This document shows, piece after piece, positions 50,542-58,645 of a stretch of DNA of 64,000 nucleotides (position 1 is the first letter of the stretch; each line of letters opens with the position of its first letter). A model generated the notes under the pieces. It made no database searches, had not been told where the DNA came from, and was given only the letters and a program-made list of their open reading frames with translations. Location: assembly GCA_050250855.1 (NCBI GenBank), contig JBFWNW010000002.1, positions 1 through 64,000 of the forward strand, written 5' to 3'. The translations under genes were made by a program, and so were the position numbers. This DNA comes from Candidatus Babeliales bacterium (GTDB lineage Bacteria; Babelota; Babeliae; Babelales; JACPOV01).

Positions 50542-51483
50542 ATGAAAAAAATATCAATTGTTTTGCCTATTTACAACGAAGAAAAAAATATTCCTATTGT
50601 TTACCATGAACTGTTGAGCGTTTTAACGCCACTCAAAGAATTTGCTTATGAAATTATTCTTGTTAATGATGGCAGCAGAGATGCTTCATGGCAAACTATT
50701 CTGAATTTAGCAAAAGGTGATTCTTGTATTAAAGCCCTTACTTTTAGTAGAAATTTTGGGCATCAAATTGCGCTAACTGCCGGTTATGATCATGCAACAG
50801 GTGATGTTATTGTTAGCATGGATGCAGATCTGCAGGATCCTCCTTCTTTAATTCCTTCTATGCTTGAAGCATGGCACAAAGGAGCAGATATTGTCTATGC
50901 GCGCCGCGCTGACCGTAAGGATAATTTTTTAAAGCGCATGACCGCCATACTATATTATAAATGTTTATCCCATATTTCTGACGTTACTATTCCGCGCAAT
51001 GTTGGCGATTTTAGGTTAATTGATAAAAAAGTTCTTACCTATTTAAAACAGTGTCGCGAAAAATCTCGCTATTTACGCGGCATGGTTGCATGGTCTGGCT
51101 TTAATCATGCCTTTGTAGATTTCAACAGACCAAATAGACTAGAAGGAACCACTGGTTATACCTGGTCAAAAATGATCAAGCTTGCTTTTGATGGCGTAAC
51201 AGGATTTTCTTTATTTCCTTTAAAGCTTGCAGCATTTATTGGCGTTTTTGTTATTCTTACCGGCTGTTTAATGTTTACCTATATTTCTTGCGATGCTCTT
51301 TTTAATAAAGTAAATTATCCTCTTTTTAAATGGCTTGTTACTATTGTTTATATTTTTATGGGCGTTCAATTTTTGCTTATGTGGCTTATTGGTGAATATA
51401 TTGGTAGAATTTTTGAACAACAAAAAGGACGGCCTTTATATATTGTTGATAAAAAAGTTAACTTTCAGGAGAGTAGCCCGTGA
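50542..51483 (+). CDS. GtrB-like undecaprenyl-phosphate glycosyltransferase (GT2), copy 1
   Basis: ISIVLPIYNE, NDGSRD, SRNFG, MDADLQDPP, GDFRL, two C-terminal TMs, IGEYIGRI, RPLYIV. Confidence 0.92.
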   Translation: MKKISIVLPIYNEEKNIPIVYHELLSVLTPLKEFAYEIILVNDGSRDASWQTILNLAKGDSCIKALTFSRNFGHQIALTAGYDHATGDVIVSMDADLQDPPSLIPSMLEAWHKGADIVYARRADRKDNFLKRMTAILYYKCLSHISDVTIPRNVGDFRLIDKKVLTYLKQCREKSRYLRGMVAWSGFNHAFVDFNRPNRLEGTTGYTWSKMIKLAFDGVTGFSLFPLKLAAFIGVFVILTGCLMFTYISCDALFNKVNYPLFKWLVTIVYIFMGVQFLLMWLIGEYIGRIFEQQKGRPLYIVDKKVNFQESSP

Positions 51484-52181
51484 TTGAAAAAGAGTTTGAT
51501 AACTATATAGATAACTATCGCAATAATTGTAATAATGCTTTATGGCTTTCCGGTGAATCAAGCGATTATTTTGCTTTATACAAAGCACAAAAGTTGCAAA
51601 CTTGGTTTTCTAATCAGACACAAAAAAAAATAAAAATTTTAGATTTTGGTTGTGGTGATGGCATCATGACGCAGCATGTACAATCATTATTTCCTCATGC
51701 TACCGTTTATGGCGTTGATCCTTCACCAAAAAGCGTCCAAGATGCGCAAACCAAGTTTCCTTCTATAAAATTTTCAGTTAATAGCGACTCCAATACCAAG
51801 CTTGATTTTGAATCTAATAGCTTTGACCTTATTTTCACCGCAGGAACCTTGCACCATATACCGTTTTCTATGCATGCTGGGTATATGCAAGAACTTATGA
51901 GGATAGTAAAAGCTGGAGGTAGCATCGTTATTTTTGAACTTAATCCTCTTAATCCGCTCACCGTGTATACTTTTAAAACTAATCCTATTGATTATAATGC
52001 AAAAATGCTCACACCATGGTATGCCTATAATTTGGCAAAAAAATATTCTAAGCCTTCTATAAAATTTATCTGTTTTTTCCCTAAATTTTTAAAATTTTTA
52101 CGCCCATTAGAAGCATTATTTTCTAAAATTCCTGCCGGGGCACTCTATTCAATTATTATACCCAAAAAAGGAGCGGACTAA
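51480..52181 (+). CDS. Class I SAM-dependent methyltransferase
   Basis: ILDFGCGDG, GVDPS, FDLI, LHHIP, ELNPLNPLT; coupled to both neighbours. Confidence 0.9.
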   Translation: MIEKEFDNYIDNYRNNCNNALWLSGESSDYFALYKAQKLQTWFSNQTQKKIKILDFGCGDGIMTQHVQSLFPHATVYGVDPSPKSVQDAQTKFPSIKFSVNSDSNTKLDFESNSFDLIFTAGTLHHIPFSMHAGYMQELMRIVKAGGSIVIFELNPLNPLTVYTFKTNPIDYNAKMLTPWYAYNLAKKYSKPSIKFICFFPKFLKFLRPLEALFSKIPAGALYSIIIPKKGAD

Positions 52182-53344
52182 TGTTCATGCATAATGGTAG
52201 ATATCCTGATCTTGTAAAAGTTTTACGTGGATTTCAAGAAACAGGGGTTCCTCTTGTAATGCATAATGGCTCACACCCAATTCCTTACTTGACTGATGGT
52301 GCCGATGATATTGGAATATATCTTTTTATTCCTAAAATTGCTAAAATGCTCAATCTTTCACTTGATCAAGCATTAAATCTTTTTTTTTATGGCATAATTT
52401 TTGGATCAGCTTTATTAGGAATTCTAGGCTTTTGTTTACTTTATAAATCAACTAAAGCTAGAATAATAGCCTTTTTTGGCATAGCAATTTCCCTGTTTTT
52501 ACCTATAAAAATTAATGATGTTTATGCCATTGGTTCTTGTCTTTCCATTGCTATAGTGCCATTTTATTTATACTTAATAAAAGAAAAAAAACCTTCTAAT
52601 ATTATTTATATATTTCTTTTTTGTTCTGGCATAGCCATAGGACTTGCAAACAATTTAAGATCGTACTCTGGGATTGGCGTACTTCTTTTTCTACTCACAT
52701 TATTATTTACACATATTATTTCTATAAAACAAAAAATAATACTTTGTTTATTTATTTTTTCTGGTATAGCATTGCCAAACTTGTATATTACAAAACTGGT
52801 TAATAAATACACAATTTATGCAAATACCCAGTTTAAAGAAAATGTATGCTTAAATAGGCATCACCCTTTTTGGCATAATTTTTATATAGGATTTGGCTTT
52901 ATCAATTGCTTAAATAGACCTGGCATACAGTGGGATGATGGATATGCCTACAATAAAGCCAAGGAGATAGACCCATCACTAGATTTAAATGACGCCAATA
53001 AAATAGATTCTATCCTTAAAGGAGAAGTTTTTAAGTTACTACTTAATGATTCTTTCTTTGTTTTTTCTTGCTTATTTGCAAAAATAGGCGTACTTATTTT
53101 TCTTCTATTAAAATATGCTAATATTTTTTTCATAGGATCAGTTTTTTCCTTATTTTCAATAGAAAAATGGAAATTAAAACTAGCATTTATAGTTCTTATT
53201 ATTTTTAATTCATTATATCCTTTAGTAGCAATACCATTTCCAGAATATTCCATTGGATTAATAACAGCAGCAATACTTTACGGTATTCTTATTATCAATT
53301 CCTATTCAAAGGAACAAAAAAATTATAGTTATTTTTATGATTAA
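52181..53344 (+). CDS. Polytopic membrane protein, putative GT-C-like transferase, paralog 1
   Basis: DDIGIY, RSYSG, HHPFWHNFYIGFGF, WDD, FAKIG, EYSIG; multiple TMs; next to GtrB. Confidence 0.7.
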   Translation: MFMHNGRYPDLVKVLRGFQETGVPLVMHNGSHPIPYLTDGADDIGIYLFIPKIAKMLNLSLDQALNLFFYGIIFGSALLGILGFCLLYKSTKARIIAFFGIAISLFLPIKINDVYAIGSCLSIAIVPFYLYLIKEKKPSNIIYIFLFCSGIAIGLANNLRSYSGIGVLLFLLTLLFTHIISIKQKIILCLFIFSGIALPNLYITKLVNKYTIYANTQFKENVCLNRHHPFWHNFYIGFGFINCLNRPGIQWDDGYAYNKAKEIDPSLDLNDANKIDSILKGEVFKLLLNDSFFVFSCLFAKIGVLIFLLLKYANIFFIGSVFSLFSIEKWKLKLAFIVLIIFNSLYPLVAIPFPEYSIGLITAAILYGILIINSYSKEQKNYSYFYD

Positions 53345-54365
53345 AAAAAAGATATCAATTATTATTCCCATTTTAAATGAAGAAAAAAATCTTCCTTTGC
53401 TTTGGCAAGAGCTTCAAAAAATATTTATTGCTCAAGAACATACTTATTCATTTGAATTAATCTTGGTTAATGATGGCAGCAAAGATTCTTCTTGGCAGTT
53501 AATACAAAAAATTTCAATGAACTATCAATGTATTGCTATCAATTTTAGTAGAAATTTTGGTTACCAAGCAGCACTAACTGCCGGCTATGACCATTGCTCT
53601 AGTGATGCTGTTATTACTATGGATGCAGATTTGCAACATCCGCCAGCACTTATAGAGAAAATGCTTGAGCACTGGCAACAGGGTTCAAAAATTGTCTATG
53701 CACGCCGCTTAGAGCGCCATGATAGTTTTTTAAAAAAAATAACAGCACAAGCATATCACAAAATCCTTGATCTGGTTGCTGAGGTAAAAATCCCTCGTGG
53801 TATTTCTGATTTTCGTCTTTTGGATAAACAAGTTGTTCATGAAATAAAAAAATATCATGAAAAAGCTCGCTACTTAAGGGGCATTGTTGCTTGGACTGGT
53901 TTTAACTGCTCATATGTTGATTTTGAGCAACCATCACGCAAGCATGACGAAACAAGATATACCTGGTCAAAGCTTTTTAAAATTGCTTTTGACGGCATAA
54001 TAGGTTCTTCTATTCTCCCTTTAAAACTTGCAGCATATTTTGGCAGTTTTGTTATTGCAACTGGCTGTATTATGCTTGGCATTATTACCGTAGATGCACT
54101 ATTTTTTAAAGGAAATTATCCTCTTTTTAAATGGCTGGTAACTATAATTTATATTTTTTTAGGTTTTTTATTTATTTTGTTATGGTTACTAGGGGAATAT
54201 ATCGGACGCATGTATGAAGAACTTAAAGGCAGGCCTTTATATATTGTGCAAGATCTTGTAAAGACACCTAAAAAAGGAATAAGTCATGAATCTTATGAGT
54301 TGCCGGCTCATTCACTTGAAGCAAACATTTCAGGGTCTTTTAAAAACGGGAATACCCCTTATTGA
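53337..54365 (+). CDS. GtrB-like undecaprenyl-phosphate glycosyltransferase (GT2), copy 2
   Basis: NDGSKD, SRNFG, MDADLQHPP, SDFRL, LGEYIGRM, RPLYIV. Confidence 0.92.
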   Translation: MIKKKISIIIPILNEEKNLPLLWQELQKIFIAQEHTYSFELILVNDGSKDSSWQLIQKISMNYQCIAINFSRNFGYQAALTAGYDHCSSDAVITMDADLQHPPALIEKMLEHWQQGSKIVYARRLERHDSFLKKITAQAYHKILDLVAEVKIPRGISDFRLLDKQVVHEIKKYHEKARYLRGIVAWTGFNCSYVDFEQPSRKHDETRYTWSKLFKIAFDGIIGSSILPLKLAAYFGSFVIATGCIMLGIITVDALFFKGNYPLFKWLVTIIYIFLGFLFILLWLLGEYIGRMYEELKGRPLYIVQDLVKTPKKGISHESYELPAHSLEANISGSFKNGNTPY

Positions 54366-55461
54366 ATATGACGGTACTAAGCTTTTGCCAACATTTACGT
54401 CTGATGATATCGGCATTTATATTATTATTCCCAAGCTTTCTTATTGGTTTAACATTTCTATAGAACAAGCAAGCCATCTATTTTTTTATGGCATCTTATT
54501 GCTGCCATGCCTTATTGGTGTCCTTGGTTTTTTATATTATTATCAAAAAATATCTACAAAAATTATCAGCTCATTTGCTCTTATTCTTTTAATGCGCCAA
54601 GCATATAGTGTTGGTGATGTGTATTTAAGTTATTATGCCTGCGTTACCGCGCTCGTTCCTTGGTCTTTTTATTTTTCAACAAAACAATATTCAAAAAAAA
54701 CTTTATTATTTATGTTTTTAGCGGGATTGGGTATAAGCTTTTTCCATTATATAAGAGCTTATTCTGGATTAGGCGTTCTTTTTTTTATGATAGCCCTTTT
54801 TGTGCTACAGCAAAACTATACGAAAAAAGAGTTACTCTTTTCCGTTCTTGCTTTTGTAGCGGGGATATATGTTCCTGTAAGATATTTTTCATATAATTAT
54901 CATCAATCAGTTGCCTATGCACAAGAACATTTAAAAGATGTTGATATTGGTGAAAATAAACATGTATTCTGGCATAGTATTTATATTGGCTTTGGGTTTT
55001 TACAGGAAAAAAATCCTGATAATATCAAATATGATGATTCTATAGGAATAAAAAAAGTACAAAGTATCAATCCTTCTATAAAATCAATCAATATTGAATA
55101 TGAAAAAACTCTAAAACATGAAGTTATCAACTTAATAAAAAATCACTGGGAATTTTTTATTTTTACTATATTTGCAAAAATTGGAGTTCTTTTTTGGTAT
55201 CTTATACTTTTTGCTAATATAGGTCTTATTGCCGCACTATTTTATAGAAAACCGCTCTATTTAGAATATTCATTTTTTTTAGCCTTCATTGTTTATAGCA
55301 TATTTCCTATTTTAGCTATCCCAATAAAAGAATATTCTTTAGGTTTTATTTCACTAGCTGCTCTTTATGGCGTTATCAGTATTAATTATGCAATAGAGTA
55401 TACAAGTTTTTCTTTATCTTCGTTATTTTGTTCTATAAGCAAAAAAGCAAAGACTTCTTAA
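54286..55461 (+). CDS. Polytopic membrane protein, putative GT-C-like transferase, paralog 2
   Basis: DDIGIY, RAYSG, HVFWHSIYIGFGF, YDD, FAKIG, EYSLG; AAGGA RBS. Confidence 0.7.
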   Translation: MNLMSCRLIHLKQTFQGLLKTGIPLIEYDGTKLLPTFTSDDIGIYIIIPKLSYWFNISIEQASHLFFYGILLLPCLIGVLGFLYYYQKISTKIISSFALILLMRQAYSVGDVYLSYYACVTALVPWSFYFSTKQYSKKTLLFMFLAGLGISFFHYIRAYSGLGVLFFMIALFVLQQNYTKKELLFSVLAFVAGIYVPVRYFSYNYHQSVAYAQEHLKDVDIGENKHVFWHSIYIGFGFLQEKNPDNIKYDDSIGIKKVQSINPSIKSINIEYEKTLKHEVINLIKNHWEFFIFTIFAKIGVLFWYLILFANIGLIAALFYRKPLYLEYSFFLAFIVYSIFPILAIPIKEYSLGFISLAALYGVISINYAIEYTSFSLSSLFCSISKKAKTS

Positions 55462-56580
55462 ATGAATATAATGCCTTGCCGTCTCTCTCATTTACAGCAT
55501 TGTTTTATTGGTTATCAAAAAACTGGAATACCTTTAGTTGAATGGTATAAAGAACAGCTCAGTTCATTTACTGCAGCAGATGATCTTGGCATTTATATTC
55601 TCATGCCTAAATTAGCATCTTTTTTGCATATAAATGTTCTACAAGCAACACAGCTTTTTATGTATGCTGCTTTTTTTAGTGCATATTTAATAAGTATTAT
55701 AGGCTTTTTTTTCTACTACAAATCAGCTATGCAACGGATAATAAGTTTTATTGGTATTACTGCTCTTATACTTTTTTCATTAAAAATAGGTGACCTTTAT
55801 ATTTTTTATGTACTTCCTACGATAGCATTTTTGCCTTGGAGCCTTTATTTTTATAAAAAACAATCAACCTCATGGCATGCATTGATCTTTTATTGCATAG
55901 TAGGTTTTTTGTGCGCCTGGGGCCATTATATTCGGGGATACTCTTCTCTTGGCATTTTAATTTTTGTAGGCATTCTTATACTCACAAAAAAAACTACTGC
56001 TACCAGTAAGCTACTATCTTTATTATTTCTGTTTTTAGGGCTTTCTATCCCTGCACTTCAGATGCACTATTATCGTCACCAGTACACACAGTTTCTAACA
56101 CAAAACAATATAGCTGATCCTGCGGCTGGCATTAAAAATCATCTTATATGGCATGCAGTTTATGCAGGACTTGGTTTTTTATCATTCAAAAACCCTGACA
56201 ATATTAGATGGGGCGATTGCTATGCAACCCAAAAGGCACAAGAAATTTTACCTGGCGTTGCTTATAATACGGTTGAATATGAAGCGGTTTTGAAGAATGA
56301 AGTTATACGGCTTACCAAGGAACATCCTTCATTTATGATAATGACTCTATTTGCTAAAGTAGGAATCTTATTATTGTATTTACTGATTTTTGCTAATATT
56401 GGCCTTATTGCTGCATTTTTTTACCCCAAAGCGTGGCCTCTTGAACTTGCTTTTTGGAGCGCCCTTGCTGCAAGTAGTATTTTTCCTCTACTCGTTTTAC
56501 CAACAACAGAATACTCGCTTGGCTTTATCGCTTTTGCTATACTTTATGGAGTAGTCAGTTTAAACAAGGAGATAATATGA
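55462..56580 (+). CDS. Polytopic membrane protein, putative GT-C-like transferase, paralog 3
   Basis: DDLGIY, RGYSS, HLIWHAVYAGLGF, WGD, FAKVG, EYSLG. Confidence 0.7.
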   Translation: MNIMPCRLSHLQHCFIGYQKTGIPLVEWYKEQLSSFTAADDLGIYILMPKLASFLHINVLQATQLFMYAAFFSAYLISIIGFFFYYKSAMQRIISFIGITALILFSLKIGDLYIFYVLPTIAFLPWSLYFYKKQSTSWHALIFYCIVGFLCAWGHYIRGYSSLGILIFVGILILTKKTTATSKLLSLLFLFLGLSIPALQMHYYRHQYTQFLTQNNIADPAAGIKNHLIWHAVYAGLGFLSFKNPDNIRWGDCYATQKAQEILPGVAYNTVEYEAVLKNEVIRLTKEHPSFMIMTLFAKVGILLLYLLIFANIGLIAAFFYPKAWPLELAFWSALAASSIFPLLVLPTTEYSLGFIAFAILYGVVSLNKEII

Positions 56581-56960
56581 TTAAAAAACAAGCTCTTGTA
56601 GCTTTATCCTTTCTTTGTTCAAGTCTATATGCAAGCAACTATGTTGTTGAAGTAACAGATAAAAACTTTGAAGAAGTTGTCCTAAAAGCTGAAAAACCGG
56701 TCATTATAGATTTCTGGGCACCATGGTGCGGCCCCTGCAAAAATTATAAACCAAAATTTCATACCTTGGCTGAAAAATATCACACAGAATATACCTTTGT
56801 CTCTGTAGATGTAGATCAAGCACAACAAGTAGCATCAAGATATAAAATTATGTCTATTCCAACAGTTCTTGTTATAAAAAATGGTCACATAAAAGCTACC
56901 TTTGTTGGCGGACTTAAAGAAATATCATTCAAAGAAGCTGTAGATCAGGCTCTTAAATAA
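56577..56960 (+). CDS. trxA: Thioredoxin with N-terminal signal peptide
   Basis: IDFWAPWCGPCK, MSIPT; leader MIKKQALVALSFLCSSLYA. Confidence 0.9.
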   Translation: MIKKQALVALSFLCSSLYASNYVVEVTDKNFEEVVLKAEKPVIIDFWAPWCGPCKNYKPKFHTLAEKYHTEYTFVSVDVDQAQQVASRYKIMSIPTVLVIKNGHIKATFVGGLKEISFKEAVDQALK

Positions 56961-56972
56961 TATTACATAGAA

Positions 56973-57000
56973 AAGGCCCTTTTGCAGGGCCTTATTTTTT
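56973..57000 (+). terminator. Intrinsic terminator after thioredoxin
   Basis: AAGGCCCT-TTTGC-AGGGCCTT followed by ATTTTTT. Confidence 0.7.
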
Positions 57001-57066
57001 ATTCCCCCTCAATTTTATTGCAGTTAATAATTTTTTATTGATATCCTTTCGATAAAGGGGATAAAT

Positions 57067-58503
57067 ATGAACAATAAAAATATAAAAATTATTGCTTTTG
57101 CAGGGCTTTTTATCTTATGTGCGGGAATCTATACTTATTTTTCATATTTTAATACTAAACCTACACTCGAAAAAGCACTTAACCATAAAGATTTAGTTCC
57201 TGTCTTAATTGTTGGCTCAGGACCAGCGGGCCTGAGTGCTGCTCTTTATACTTCACGAGCAAAACTCCCTACTATTGTTCTTACCGGCGACCATCCTGGC
57301 GGAACCCTTGCTGATGTACGCGAAATTGAAAATTGGCCAGGAAAAAGAAAAGCTTCTGGAGAAAATGCCATTAACGATTTAAAAGCGCAGGCAACCAAAT
57401 TTGGCACACAAATTCTTAACGATAAAGTCTTATCTATAAATCTTTCTTCATGGCCTTTTGTAGTAAAAACGCGTGATGGAAGAACCTTTAATGTCATGTC
57501 TTTAATTTTGGCAACTGGTCGTATTGCAAAAAAACTTAATGTTCCGGGCGTTGAAGAATATTGGGGCCATGGTGTTGGTGTATGTACTATTTGTGATGCA
57601 CCATTTCATAAGGGGCATAATGTTGCCGTTGTTGGTGGTGGTGATACCGCCGCTGACCGTGCTCTACAACTTGCTGCCTTTGCCAAAAAAGTATACATGC
57701 TTGTAAAAGACAGTGAGCTTGATGCATCAGGATTTGTACAAGATTACGTAAAAAAGAATGATAAAATAGAAGTTTTATATAATACAGAGTTACAAGAGGT
57801 AACTGGAGAAGGGGACTCGGTAACTGGCGCAAAAATTTTTAATACCAAAACAAAGCAGGCAAGCGATATTGCTATACAAGGAATTTATTTTGCTATTGGC
57901 TGGCATCCCAATTCTGATTTAGTACAAAAACAAGTAAAACTTCAAGAAGGAGATTTTATTTGGCTTGATGGCCAAACACAAAAAACTTCTATTTCTGGTT
58001 TTTTTGCAGCAGGCGACGTTGCAGATTCTTTATATGGCAAAGCAGGCGTTGCAACAGGAAGTGGTGTAAAAGCTGGCATGGATGCTATAAAATTCATGCA
58101 ACGTCTAGGATTTGAACCAGGAACTGCTGAAAAATATAAAGATAAATTGGCAAAGCCTGAAGCAGAAAAAAGTATGGAACTACAAAATATCAACAACTTA
58201 GCACAATTAAAAAACTTAGTAAGTAATGAAACAAAACCTATTGTGGTTGATTTTTATACTGATTACTGCCCAACATGTAAAGCATTAATGCCTAATTTAA
58301 AAATGCTTGCTGCGCAATTTAAAGATCAAGTCCTCTTTATAAAAGCTAACTTTGACGAAGCGCAAAGCATTGTACAATTTTACAATATACCATCCGTTCC
58401 CTATCTTGCTCTCTTTAAAAATGGTGAACTTGTTAAGAAAACTAAAAAAATAGGCAGCAAGCAAGATATTGAAGCATTAGTACGTGAGCTTTTAGAAAAG
58501 TGA
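57067..58503 (+). CDS. trxB: Thioredoxin reductase with N-terminal membrane anchor and fused C-terminal thioredoxin domain
   Basis: GSGPAGLSAA, ILATG, CTICD, GGGDTA, FAAGDV; C-terminal VDFYTDYCPTC and PSVP; N-terminal IIAFAGLFILCAGIYTYF. Confidence 0.88.
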   Translation: MNNKNIKIIAFAGLFILCAGIYTYFSYFNTKPTLEKALNHKDLVPVLIVGSGPAGLSAALYTSRAKLPTIVLTGDHPGGTLADVREIENWPGKRKASGENAINDLKAQATKFGTQILNDKVLSINLSSWPFVVKTRDGRTFNVMSLILATGRIAKKLNVPGVEEYWGHGVGVCTICDAPFHKGHNVAVVGGGDTAADRALQLAAFAKKVYMLVKDSELDASGFVQDYVKKNDKIEVLYNTELQEVTGEGDSVTGAKIFNTKTKQASDIAIQGIYFAIGWHPNSDLVQKQVKLQEGDFIWLDGQTQKTSISGFFAAGDVADSLYGKAGVATGSGVKAGMDAIKFMQRLGFEPGTAEKYKDKLAKPEAEKSMELQNINNLAQLKNLVSNETKPIVVDFYTDYCPTCKALMPNLKMLAAQFKDQVLFIKANFDEAQSIVQFYNIPSVPYLALFKNGELVKKTKKIGSKQDIEALVRELLEK

Positions 58504-58640
58504 AGCGCTCAACGGCTTAAAAGCCGTTGTCTCGCGCGGAGTTCTTCGAAGCCAACCCTACTACGCTAAAGCTACGAAGGGTTCTACTTGCCATTCATCC
58601 CCATCCTTAAAAAGCCTTGGGGTTTTCTGGCAAAGTAGAA
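58501..58640. repeat. GC-rich composite hairpin element between convergent genes
   Basis: Hairpins CAACGGCTT-AA-AAGCCGTTG (58510-29), AACCCT..CGCTAAAGCTACG..AGGGTT (58554-83), TTCTACTTGCCA..CCCCA..TGGGG..TGGCAAAGTAGAA (58582-640). Confidence 0.65.
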
Positions 58641-58645
58641 TAATT

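Noticed and set aside
50542..56580. Prophage-borne serotype-conversion (gtr) cassette
   Set aside because: No integrase, phage genes, att repeats or gtrA; embedded in a chromosomal glycan locus.
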